64,000 nt of DNA from Chloroflexota bacterium (GTDB lineage Bacteria > Chloroflexota > Limnocylindria > Limnocylindrales > CSP1-4). The DNA lies in assembly GCA_017881915.1 (NCBI GenBank), contig JADGQK010000003.1, positions 7,365 to 71,364 on the forward strand, in the 5' to 3' direction. Below, piece by piece: positions 24,004 through 32,811 of the stretch. The translations under genes were made by a program, and so were the position numbers. Each line of letters starts with the position of its first letter. Position 1 is the stretch's first letter. The notes below the pieces were generated by a model. It searched no databases and was not told the DNA's origin. It worked only from the letters and a program-made list of their open reading frames with translations.

Positions 24004-24989
24004 GAGTGGAGCTTGGGCAGTACGTCCCGGCCGAAGACGTCAATCCAGTCAGCCTGGTTGCGGCCCACGTTGTGCAGGTAGACCTGGTGGAAGCCCAGGT
24101 CCAGGAACTTCTGGATCTCAGCCCGGTGACGCTCCGGGTCAGAGCTGATCACCATCCGGCCGGCAAAATCCTCGGGGCGGACGAGCTTGGCCATCTGCTC
24201 GAAGTCGAACGGGCTGCGGACGTCCTGCTTGGGGAACTTCATGCCGCCGTTCGGCCACTCCTTCATCGCGTTGGCCAGGGCTTCCTCGTCGGTCGGCGCC
24301 CAGGACAGGTGGAGCTGGAGGATGAACTTGAACCTGGCCGGGTCGTTGCCTGCCTCGCGGCTACCCTCGCGGCACTTCTCGAAGATCATCTCGAGCTTGC
24401 CTTCCGGCGCTCCGACAGTGATCAGTCCGTCGCAGAGCGCGCCCGTCTTCTTGGCTGTGATCGGTCCGGCCGTCGCGACGTAGATCGGCGGGGTCACTTC
24501 CGGCAACGTCCACAGCCGGGTCGTCTCCATCTTGTAGTACGGGCCGGCGTGCTTGACGTCCTTCCCGCTGAACAGCTTGCGGATGATCTCGATCGCTTCG
24601 AACATCCGGGCGATCCGCTCGGGCGTCTCGGGCCAGTAGCCGCCCAGGACGTGCTCGTTGAGGGCCTCACCGGAGCCCAGCCCCAGCCAGTGCCGACCGG
24701 GGTACATTGCGGCCAGGGTTGCCGAGGCCTGCGCGACGATCGCCGGGTGCATCCGGAATGAGGGACAGGTGACCCCCGGGCCGAGGTCACCCTTCGTCCG
24801 CTCGCCGATCGCTGTCAGGACGTTCCAGACGAAGGCCGCCTGGCCCTGCTGGGGAACCCACGGTTGAAAGTGATCGGCGGCCATGACGCCGCTGAAGCCG
24901 GCGGCCTCGGCAGCCGCCGAGTAGCCGACGACCTCCTGCGGCCCGAACTGCTCGAGCATCGCCGCATATCCGATCGTTGCCTGAGCCAT
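24000..24989 (-). CDS. F420-dependent glucose-6-phosphate dehydrogenase family protein (LLM class)
   Basis: By-eye alignment to Fgd: DHFQPW, GERT, GLGSGEALNE, WPE segments conserved. Substrate not inferable. Confidence 0.7.
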   Translation of the reverse strand: MAQATIGYAAMLEQFGPQEVVGYSAAAEAAGFSGVMAADHFQPWVPQQGQAAFVWNVLTAIGERTKGDLGPGVTCPSFRMHPAIVAQASATLAAMYPGRHWLGLGSGEALNEHVLGGYWPETPERIARMFEAIEIIRKLFSGKDVKHAGPYYKMETTRLWTLPEVTPPIYVATAGPITAKKTGALCDGLITVGAPEGKLEMIFEKCREGSREAGNDPARFKFILQLHLSWAPTDEEALANAMKEWPNGGMKFPKQDVRSPFDFEQMAKLVRPEDFAGRMVISSDPERHRAEIQKFLDLGFHQVYLHNVGRNQADWIDVFGRDVLPKLHS

Positions 24990-24993
24990 ATCG

Positions 24994-25437
24994 TCAGTCC
25001 TCGAAATGAAACGTGCTGGAAGTCAGCGACAGGCGGAAGCTGACACGCTGCTGGCGCTCGAACCGATCTCGAATGAGCTCTTCGGCCCGCCCGGGCTCGT
25101 CGGCGTGGTACTGGCGGGCCATCGCCGCGATGTCGGCCTGGGCGGAGGCCCGCTCGTCCACGACCTCGACGCTGCCCCGGATCGCGATCCAGCGCGGGCC
25201 GTCCGCAAGGGTCACGCTGATCCGCGGGTCTCGGCGCAGGTTCGCCGGCCAGATTCGACCCGCGGCGCTATTGATGACGAGGGTGTCGCCGTCCAACCGG
25301 CACCAGGTGAGCGCCTGGTGCGGGCTGCCGTCGGCGTTGACCGTTGCGATCGTGGCATGTTGGAGACCGGCGGCCAGAAACTGGCGCACGCGCTCGAGTG
25401 CCTCGGCATGTGCGCTGGGACTGTCGGCCTGGGCCAT
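24994..25437 (-). CDS. PPOX-class probable F420-dependent enzyme
   Basis: 147 aa split-barrel pattern (ATVNADGSPH, RDPRISV); context. Confidence 0.75.
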   Translation of the reverse strand: MAQADSPSAHAEALERVRQFLAAGLQHATIATVNADGSPHQALTWCRLDGDTLVINSAAGRIWPANLRRDPRISVTLADGPRWIAIRGSVEVVDERASAQADIAAMARQYHADEPGRAEELIRDRFERQQRVSFRLSLTSSTFHFED

Positions 25438-25443
25438 GGCCCG

Positions 25444-25449
25444 ATGGTA
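25444..25449 (-). promoter_or_regulatory. candidate -10 (TACCAT) for a leaderless F420-island transcript
   Basis: Minus strand reads TACCAT, then 6 nt, then ATG 25437. Confidence 0.3.
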
Positions 25450-25546
25450 GTCGAAGCCACGATCGATGGCCCGCGGCTCGCTCGGCCGCGGGGCAGGCCG
25501 GGCGCCCAGGTCTCGATCCAGCCGCCAGGGTCGATTCGCAGGCGTG

Positions 25547-26566
25547 ATGTCAGACTGCGCTGCAATGCCACGGGATCACCCGCCGTCGTTTCAGCGTGCC
25601 CTCTTGCCACTCCGATTCTTCGTAGGCGGGACGTTCCTCTTCGCCGGCATCGACAAGCTCCTTGACCCAGCCTTCCTGAGAATGACCGGCCCGGGCTCGA
25701 TCGGCGAACAGCTGGCGACGTACAGCCGGATCTCGCCACTGGCGGCGCTGGTGCACGCCGTGGCGCTGCCTGCGCCGCTCCTGGTCGGGGTGGTGATCGC
25801 CGGGCTGGAGATTGCGGCTGGCCTGGGCGCCCTGACCGGCCTCGCCTATCGTTTGAGCGCGGTGATCGGAGCGCTGCTCGCCGGGACCTTCTTCCTGACC
25901 GCTTCCTGGGCGATCCGTCCGTATTACCTCGGCGCGGACCTGCCCTACCTGTTCGGCTGGATCACCCTGGCCCTGGCCGGCCATGGTGGGCTGTATGTCC
26001 TGGGTGACTCCGTCGAGCGAGCCTTCAGCCTGGCCCCGTCGCCTGCCCCGGCGGGTCTGGCCACGGACCGGACCCGCCGGGGCCTCCTCCAGCTGGTCGT
26101 CCTGGCGGCCGGATCACTGAGCGTCGCCGGGATCGCCGGGACGCTCAGTGCCCTCGGGCCGGCGTTCGGCTCCGAGCCGGCTCCGGTGGCCGGGCCCGAC
26201 GGGGGCTCGTCGTTCCCAGCCCCACCGGGCGGGCCCGGGACAAGCCCGGCTCGAGGCGAGATCGCCAGCGTCGCAACCGTCCGGGCCCTGCGTTCATTCG
26301 GGTTCATCGATCCGGCCTCGGGCGACCCGGCGGTCCTGGTGGCCCTGGGTGACGGCACGATCGTGGCCTTTGACGCGGTGTGCACCCATGCCGCCTGCAC
26401 GGTTGCCTTCGATCGGTTGTCGGGCAACCTGTTGTGCCCCTGTCACGGGGCGATCTTCGATCCGACCCACGGCGCACGGGTCCTCGATGGACCGACCGAC
26501 GTGCCGCTTCTGGCGCTGCCGATCCGGATCGATCCAGCCACCGGCGGGATCAGCCTGGCCGGCTGA
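25547..26566 (+). CDS. DoxX-like membrane domain fused to a Rieske [2Fe-2S] domain
   Basis: N-terminal FFVGGTFLFAGIDKLLDP plus 4 TM segments, Pro/Gly-rich linker, C-terminal CTHAAC...CPCHGAIF Rieske ligands. Start at ATG 25547. Confidence 0.75.
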   Translation: MSDCAAMPRDHPPSFQRALLPLRFFVGGTFLFAGIDKLLDPAFLRMTGPGSIGEQLATYSRISPLAALVHAVALPAPLLVGVVIAGLEIAAGLGALTGLAYRLSAVIGALLAGTFFLTASWAIRPYYLGADLPYLFGWITLALAGHGGLYVLGDSVERAFSLAPSPAPAGLATDRTRRGLLQLVVLAAGSLSVAGIAGTLSALGPAFGSEPAPVAGPDGGSSFPAPPGGPGTSPARGEIASVATVRALRSFGFIDPASGDPAVLVALGDGTIVAFDAVCTHAACTVAFDRLSGNLLCPCHGAIFDPTHGARVLDGPTDVPLLALPIRIDPATGGISLAG

Positions 26567-26581
26567 CCGTTCGTGGAACGC

Positions 26582-27724
26582 TCAGGCGGGCGGGATGGCG
26601 ATGGGCCGCGAGCGGCGCGGGCGGGGCGGTCGTCGAGGCTCGAGGGAACGAGGTCGCCCCGGATCGGGGGCCGGCCGGCCGAGCAGGTAACCCTGGCCGA
26701 ACTCGACGCCCAGCGAGCGCAGGGTTTCGAGGTCGCGACGCGTCTCGATCCCCTCGGCGATCAGGCGCGCGTTGATCCGTCGGCTGAACGAGACGAAGGC
26801 CTCGACCAGGGCCTTCTTGGCATCGTTGGCGCCGCAGCCGTGGACGATTTCGCGATCGATCTTGATGATCGTCGGTCGCAGTGCGGCGATCAGGGTGAAG
26901 CTGGCGTAACCAGCCCCGGCATCGTCGATTGCGAACCCGAAACCGAGCTTGCGCAGTGCCTTGACCTGGCGCTGGAGCGGGACGATATCGTGGACAGCCT
27001 GCTGCTCCGTGCACTCGAGCGTTACCTGGCGCGGGTGGATCCCGGCGAGGCGGACCATCCGGGCCACGCCCTTTGCCTCGAAATGCGGATCCAGCAGGCT
27101 GGCCGGAGTCGTATTGATGGCGACCGCGAAGCGGATCCCGTCGGGCACCGCGTCGGCCGCGACCAGCCCGGCGATCCGCTCGAGAATGATCCGGACGATG
27201 AACGTGTCGAGCTCGACGGCTCGGCCGGTGGCGATCGCCGCGTCAACGACCGCGCTGATCGACGCCGGATGATGGGGCATGTTCGGCCGAAAGAGACACT
27301 CGTACTCGTGGAGCTCGCCGGTGGCCAGCTCAACGATCGGCTGGAAGTAGACGTCGTGGGTCCGGATCGCGAAGAACAGGTCGAGCATCTTCGACTGGAC
27401 TGCCTGGACCGTCTGGCTCATTCCGATTCGGTCGGCAATGCCCGATAGCTGGACTGCCGCGGTCAGCGCGTGAAGGTACTTCTCGGACTCGGGCAGGCTC
27501 GCGTCAACCGGCACCAGGCCGAAGTCAGGGCCGCCGCTCGGCCCGGCCACCTCGGCCGCCAGCGCTTCGGTCAGCGACTCGAGGGGGGCGATGAGGCACG
27601 CGCCCGAGGACAGCTCGATGACGCGCCCGTCCGGCACCCGCTCGCGGAGGCGGTGCAGAAACCGCGAGTCGCGTGACCAGATCAGTCGCTCGTCACCACG
27701 ACGCTGGTTACCGAAGAAGCGCAC
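26582..27724 (-). CDS. EAL-domain c-di-GMP phosphodiesterase with an uncharacterised ~130 aa N-terminal region
   Basis: FQPIV...ECLFR, N, ECTEQ, FAIDDAGAGYASF, KIDREIV, AEGIET, GQGYLLGRP; all catalytic positions appear intact. Confidence 0.85.
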   Translation of the reverse strand: MRFFGNQRRGDERLIWSRDSRFLHRLRERVPDGRVIELSSGACLIAPLESLTEALAAEVAGPSGGPDFGLVPVDASLPESEKYLHALTAAVQLSGIADRIGMSQTVQAVQSKMLDLFFAIRTHDVYFQPIVELATGELHEYECLFRPNMPHHPASISAVVDAAIATGRAVELDTFIVRIILERIAGLVAADAVPDGIRFAVAINTTPASLLDPHFEAKGVARMVRLAGIHPRQVTLECTEQQAVHDIVPLQRQVKALRKLGFGFAIDDAGAGYASFTLIAALRPTIIKIDREIVHGCGANDAKKALVEAFVSFSRRINARLIAEGIETRRDLETLRSLGVEFGQGYLLGRPAPDPGRPRSLEPRRPPRPRRSRPIAIPPA

Positions 27725-27904
27725 GGTCCGCCCCGCAGATGACCCGCTCGAATCGGCCGTTCACCGGCCGCCCCCCGCGAACCCGCGGGCAGCACCAATC
27801 ATGCGCCTGCCGCAGTCCCCGTGCGGAGGCTCCAGCGGTACCAGCCGCGGGCCACCCGAACGTACGGCTCTGCCCGGGTGCCGGAGCGGCGAAGGCCGCC
27901 TGAC

Positions 27905-28681
27905 TCAGGCGATTCGTTCCCCGGCCCAGACCGCGAGATCGAGCCGATTCTCCGGTGGGGCGAGGGGACAGGCCCAGCGAGGATCGAAGGCGCACGACGG
28001 CTGATAGGCGAAGTTGAAGTCGAGAATCAGGCTGCCCCTGGCCGGGTCACCGCCAAGGTCTGCACTCTTTGCCGTGTCGAGCAGGTAGCGGCCCGCCGCG
28101 TACGTCGCCGCCCCGCTCGTCGCATCGCGAAACGGCAGGAACAGCCCGCCGGCGTAGGCCTCCATCCAGAAGATCGAGAGCACGCGGCGGCCATGGCCCG
28201 GGAAGGGGATCTCGACGGATCCGATCCGCCGGAACGAGAGAACGTCGGTCCCGCTGTTGGGCAGGCTGGGTGGCGCCCCAAGGGTCATGGCGCCGGGCGG
28301 AGTGGCGGGTGAGGTGCCGGCATTCGGAGCGCCCAGTGGCGGGCCGAGTGGGGCAGTGAGCGGCGGCGGGGTCCCGAGCGGGGAGCTTGCCGGGGTCGCG
28401 AGCGGGGTTCGGGGCATCGCTGCCGCCCCGGCTGGCTGCACGATGACCTCGAATCGCAGGGTTGGGTCGTACTCGAAGTGCTTCGCGCTGAAGTTGGTCC
28501 GCTCGGCCGCCGGCACGGGGCTCATCGGGTGATCCCGGTACAGCCGCTCGCGCTCCTCGCGCCAGATCGTCAATGCGGCCAGCGGATCGCCCACGGCCAG
28601 CCGTCGCACCTGCGCATACAGGTCACTCACCTGCCGGCGCCAGTCGGCCAGTTGCAGCTCGGTCCCAGGCTCAACGCTCAT
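27905..28681 (-). CDS. DUF1684-like protein with an internal Pro/Ala/Gly-rich segment
   Basis: WR...LYRDHP.SP, YDP, and C-terminal NFAYQPSCAFDPRWACPLAPPENRL signature. Confidence 0.75.
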   Translation of the reverse strand: MSVEPGTELQLADWRRQVSDLYAQVRRLAVGDPLAALTIWREERERLYRDHPMSPVPAAERTNFSAKHFEYDPTLRFEVIVQPAGAAAMPRTPLATPASSPLGTPPPLTAPLGPPLGAPNAGTSPATPPGAMTLGAPPSLPNSGTDVLSFRRIGSVEIPFPGHGRRVLSIFWMEAYAGGLFLPFRDATSGAATYAAGRYLLDTAKSADLGGDPARGSLILDFNFAYQPSCAFDPRWACPLAPPENRLDLAVWAGERIA

Positions 28682-28863
28682 TGCCCGAGTATCGGCTCAC
28701 CCCCCGGCCTCGTCCAGCCGAACCGGAGCAGCTCGTCGCCGGTTGCCTGCTCTTGCCACTCGCCCGAGGTCCGCTCGTGACAAATGTCGCTTTGAGCGAC
28801 CCTGATGGTCGGATCAGGGCTGGAGGCCTTCAATTCGGGCTGTCGCGGGCGGATCTCACCCAC
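28678..28863 (-). CDS. possible 61-aa upstream ORF translationally coupled to the DUF1684 gene
   Basis: Its TGA overlaps the DUF1684 ATG (ATGA). Balanced composition; GC3 about 77% by hand count versus 68% for a rejected ORF in the 15.5 kb gap. GTG start. Confidence 0.35.
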   Translation of the reverse strand: MGEIRPRQPELKASSPDPTIRVAQSDICHERTSGEWQEQATGDELLRFGWTRPGGEPILGQ

Positions 28864-29126
28864 GGATCAGCGGCGGTCCGGTCGGAACGGGGCTCGGGCG
28901 GAGCCACGACTCCATAAGGATCGCTAATCGCGTCATTTGGCAACGGACAGGCTCCGGCCTCCCGAAGGCCACGCGTCGAGTCGCGGAGCCGCGGCATCCT
29001 GCCTCGGATCGGCCGCCACGCTTCGTCGTGGACGGGGCAGACTAGAATCGGCCCCCGGTCCCGGCTCCGGCTGGGTGCGGTGAGCAGGCACGGAGGCAAC
29101 GAACAGGCATTTGAGAGGGACGTGGC

Positions 29127-29996
29127 GTGGCTGACAGGGCGGAGATCGGCGTATTCGGAGGCTCAGGCTTCTACTCGCTCCTTGACGACGTTCGAGAGGT
29201 CAAGGTCGACACCCCGTACGGCGCGCCGTCCGACAGTTACTTCCTGGCCGACGTCGCCGGTCGAGGGGTCGCGTTCCTGCCGCGCCACGGTCGACGCCAT
29301 ACCCTGCCGCCGCACCGGGTCAACTACCGGGCGAACGTGTGGGGGATGAAGGCGCTGGGGGTCAAAGCCGTGATCAGCCCGTGCGCGGCGGGCTCGCTCC
29401 AGCGCGCGGTCGAGCCGGGCCATTTTGTCGTGTGCGACCAGTTCGTCGACCGGACGAGCGGTCGGGCCGATACGTTCTTCGATGGCCCGATCGTCAGCCA
29501 TGTCAGCTCGGCCGAGACGTACGACCCTGAGCTGCGCCGGATCGCCATCGACGTGATCCGTGAACACGGGATCACGGTCCACGAGCGGGGCACGGTCGTG
29601 GTGATCCAGGGCCCGCGCTTCTCGACAAGAGCCGAGTCGAAGTGGTTCTCCGACGCCGGCTGGGAGGTGATCAACATGACCCAGTACCCCGAGGCCTACC
29701 TGTGCCGCGAGCTGGGCATGGCGGTTGTCAACATCAGCCTGATCACCGACTACGACGCCGGGGTGCTGGTGGGCACCGAGGCCGTGACCGCCCATGACGT
29801 GCTCGAGGTCTTCAACACGAACGCGGCCAGGATCCAGAAGGTCGTGCTGGAGATGATCCGGCGCTTCCCGGCTGACCTGGCGGCGCTGGGCGCAGGCGCG
29901 GGCCTGGCGTTCACCCGGGGCGACGGCCACGCGGCATCACCCGATGACATCCGGATCTTCGATACCGATCTTGGGGCGGGAGCCGATCGCGGGTGA
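29127..29996 (+). CDS. mtnP: S-methyl-5'-thioadenosine phosphorylase
   Basis: IGVFGGSGFY, PRHGRRH, NYRANVW, PNP/MTAP family pattern; GTG start preceded by GAGAGGGA. Confidence 0.9.
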   Translation: MADRAEIGVFGGSGFYSLLDDVREVKVDTPYGAPSDSYFLADVAGRGVAFLPRHGRRHTLPPHRVNYRANVWGMKALGVKAVISPCAAGSLQRAVEPGHFVVCDQFVDRTSGRADTFFDGPIVSHVSSAETYDPELRRIAIDVIREHGITVHERGTVVVIQGPRFSTRAESKWFSDAGWEVINMTQYPEAYLCRELGMAVVNISLITDYDAGVLVGTEAVTAHDVLEVFNTNAARIQKVVLEMIRRFPADLAALGAGAGLAFTRGDGHAASPDDIRIFDTDLGAGADRG

Positions 29997-30040
29997 CGGC
30001 GCACGCTCGATCGACCCGGCCGTAGGACAATCGCCCGACG

Positions 30041-30514
30041 ATGAGCCGGCCCCCGTCCCCCACGAGCGAGTTGACCCATGGCTGCGTTCGCTGCGGCGCG
30101 CCGATCCCCATCGCCGATGGGATGTGCGCGCGCTGCAATCCGCTCGGCCTCAAGCAACCGGCCCCGTCCCAGGCCCACGGCACCGTCTTCCTCGGGATCG
30201 TCGTCGCCGTGATCGTCCTGTTCGCCGTGGCCAAGATCTCGATCCAGGGCGTCGGGCCATTCCAGGGCGTCGTCGCAGGGGTCGTCTCGGCCCCACCCGG
30301 CCTGGCGGTGACCGTCACGGTGACGAACCAGGGCACGGCGGCCGGCAGCACCACCTGCCGGATCTACGATCCGACCATCCAGGGCATCGGTCCGGAATCC
30401 ACGTATGCGGACAGCCCTCGAGTCCAGCCAGGCAAGACCGTCTCGTTCTCCCAGCAGGTGAGCTCGCTGGGAACCGTCGTTCGGCCGTTGGCGGTGTCCT
30501 GCAGCAACCCATGA
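30041..30514 (+). CDS. membrane protein with N-terminal zinc ribbon (CxxC...CxxC), one TM and a beta-rich ectodomain
   Basis: CVRCG...CARCN, hydrophobic helix FLGIVVAVIVLFAV; ATGA-coupled to the next gene. Confidence 0.6.
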   Translation: MSRPPSPTSELTHGCVRCGAPIPIADGMCARCNPLGLKQPAPSQAHGTVFLGIVVAVIVLFAVAKISIQGVGPFQGVVAGVVSAPPGLAVTVTVTNQGTAAGSTTCRIYDPTIQGIGPESTYADSPRVQPGKTVSFSQQVSSLGTVVRPLAVSCSNP

Positions 30515-31341
30515 GCAGCTCCGGGCCGGGTCGGGCCGAGCCATACACCGTCGAACTCGCAGCCGCCACCGAGATCGCCGTGCGGGCCGGGCGACTGATC
30601 CTGGAACGTGCCGACCGGATTGAGCGGATCGACTACAAGGGTGCCCGCGACGTGGTCACCGACGTGGATCATCGCTCGGAGGCGCTGATCCTGGAGGAAC
30701 TCCGCAGGCGCTTTCCGGACGACGCCCAGCTAGCCGAGGAATCGGGCCTGGCCGCGCCCGTCGCCGCCGGCGGGACCGACCATACCGGATCCGCTGAGCG
30801 AACGTGGGTCGTCGACCCGCTCGACGGCACGATCAACTATGCCAACCGGATCCCGATCTACTGCGTCTCCATCGCCCTGGTCGCGGCCGATCGGCCGGTC
30901 GTGGGTGTGGTCCACGATCCTGTCCGAGGCGAGACGTTCAGCGCCACAGCCGACGGTCCCGCCCGGCTGAACGGCCTCCCGATCGTCCCGAGCAGCAAGC
31001 CAGTCCTGCTTGATTTCGTGATCGCCCTGACGCTCGACCGCAACCGGCTGGCGAGCGCCGGCCCGGCCCTGGCCGACGCGACCCGGGTCCAGCGCCGGCT
31101 GGGCTCGTCGGCCCTGGCCCTGGCCTGGGTCGGCTGTGGCCGGTTCGACGCGTTCGTGCAGACGGGGAACCTGTCGGCCTGGGACGTTGCGGCTGCCGGC
31201 CTGATCGCCGAGCGGGCCGGAGCGCAGGTCCGGCGACTCGATGGCGGACCCTACCTGGACATGAGCCTGGGTACGAGCCGCTATGGCGTCCTGGCGGCGC
31301 CCGAACGCCACTTCGCGGAGCTCCGCCGTCTCGTGGGTTGA
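30511..31341 (+). CDS. inositol monophosphatase family protein
   Basis: DVVTDVD, WVVDPLDGTINY, WDVAAG motifs. Start at ATG 30511, not the track's 29944. Confidence 0.85.
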   Translation: MSSSGPGRAEPYTVELAAATEIAVRAGRLILERADRIERIDYKGARDVVTDVDHRSEALILEELRRRFPDDAQLAEESGLAAPVAAGGTDHTGSAERTWVVDPLDGTINYANRIPIYCVSIALVAADRPVVGVVHDPVRGETFSATADGPARLNGLPIVPSSKPVLLDFVIALTLDRNRLASAGPALADATRVQRRLGSSALALAWVGCGRFDAFVQTGNLSAWDVAAAGLIAERAGAQVRRLDGGPYLDMSLGTSRYGVLAAPERHFAELRRLVG

Positions 31342-31347
31342 CCCCTC

Positions 31348-32232
31348 TCAGGCCGCGGACCAGCGATGCGGCCGGCTGCGCAGCCGGTCGAGTCCGAACT
31401 CGCTGCAAAACGCCTGCCAGGCGGCTCGCGGCGTGCCCGCCCAGCGCAATTCGGCCGGAGCGATCTGAGGGATCGGCGCGTCGTTGCGCAAGCGGGCGAG
31501 CGTTCGGTACAGGAGCACCTCCGCCAGGCGATCGCGCAGGGTCGCGGCAAGGGCGCCCGCCCCGCGGACCGGCAGGCTCCAGGCCGCCGGATCGGCCGGG
31601 ATCGCCTCGATCGAGCCGAAGCGCGAAAGCACGAGCGCCGCCGACTTCGCGCCCCAGCCGGGCAGTCCCGGGTAGCCGTCCGCCGCATCCCCGACCAGCG
31701 CCAGCCAGTCGGGGATCGAGGCCGGGGCCACGCCCCACTTGGCGCGCACGCCGGCTTCGTCGTAGATGATCCGGCGACGGCGATCCCAGAGGACGACGCG
31801 CTCGCCACGAACGCACTGGGCCAGGTCCTTGTCCGGGGTGCACACGAGGATCCGCTCGACCTCGGCATCCTGGGCGAAGCGGGCGACGGCGGTCGCGATT
31901 GCGTCGTCCGCCTCGAACTCGACCATCGGCCAGAGGGCCAGGCCGAGCGCCTCGATCGCCTGCTCGGCGATCGGGAACTGGCTGAGCAGCTCGGGCGGCA
32001 TGCCGGCGTCGGTCTTGTAGCCGGCAAACAGCTCGTTCCGGAACGAGGCGATCACTCGGTCGGTGGCGCAGCCGACGTGCGTCGCACCCTCCTCCCGGAG
32101 CAGGAACAGGAGCTGCTCGACGAGTCCGGCCACACCCGACAGGACGACGCCGTCCCGGCCCAGGACGGCGGGCCGCGGCGCAAAGTGGGCACGGAAGAGC
32201 TCGTACGTCGCGTCGACGAGGTGGAGCTCCAC
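31348..32232 (-). CDS. stand-alone 5'-3' exonuclease (FEN / Pol I N-terminal-domain type)
   Basis: LVDATYELFRA, FEADD, TPDKDL, GDAADGYPGLPGWG motifs. Confidence 0.85.
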   Translation of the reverse strand: MELHLVDATYELFRAHFAPRPAVLGRDGVVLSGVAGLVEQLLFLLREEGATHVGCATDRVIASFRNELFAGYKTDAGMPPELLSQFPIAEQAIEALGLALWPMVEFEADDAIATAVARFAQDAEVERILVCTPDKDLAQCVRGERVVLWDRRRRIIYDEAGVRAKWGVAPASIPDWLALVGDAADGYPGLPGWGAKSAALVLSRFGSIEAIPADPAAWSLPVRGAGALAATLRDRLAEVLLYRTLARLRNDAPIPQIAPAELRWAGTPRAAWQAFCSEFGLDRLRSRPHRWSAA

Positions 32233-32244
32233 GTCGATCGCGAC

Positions 32245-32811
32245 TCAGCCGGGGAAGGTGACGGCTTCGATCTCGAGCTGCTCGCGCAGGCGCTCGAGGT
32301 CTGCCTGGAAGATCCGGCCAAGGAGCGGTGCCTGGATCAGCCCGAGCAGGTTGGGCAGGATCGGCGGGATCAGCGTCTCGTCCCAGGTCAGCCGAGTCCG
32401 ATCGTCGTCGAGAGCCTCCAGCCGGAACACGCCACTCCCCTCGAAAAGACCATCGTGGCGGACCGCATAGTCGTGGGGCGGCAGGAACTCGGTGACCTCG
32501 ACGGGATCTTCGACGCTGATCCCAAGGATCCGCACGAGCGACCTGGCCCGGGTGCCGACCCGGACCGGACCGGGGGTCGTCACCCGGACCCACTTCAAGT
32601 CGTGCATCCAGTCGGGCTGGCGTTCGATGTCGGCCAGGCGGACCCAGACCCGCTCGATCGGCGCGCCGATCACGATGCTGCTCCGAATTGGATCGGGAAC
32701 CGAGCCGGCGTCATCGGCCTGCTGGCGGCCACCCAGCCAGCGGTCGACCGCCCAGGCCAGGCCGACGCCGGCCGTGGCCAGCCCGACGATCCGGAACATC
32801 CAGCGAATCAT
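32245..32811 (-). CDS. SRPBCC (polyketide cyclase/START-like) protein with an N-terminal TM helix
   Basis: PIERVW...W motif pattern. Start at internal Met 32811, giving an ATGA overlap with the pncA stop. Confidence 0.65.
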   Translation of the reverse strand: MIRWMFRIVGLATAGVGLAWAVDRWLGGRQQADDAGSVPDPIRSSIVIGAPIERVWVRLADIERQPDWMHDLKWVRVTTPGPVRVGTRARSLVRILGISVEDPVEVTEFLPPHDYAVRHDGLFEGSGVFRLEALDDDRTRLTWDETLIPPILPNLLGLIQAPLLGRIFQADLERLREQLEIEAVTFPG

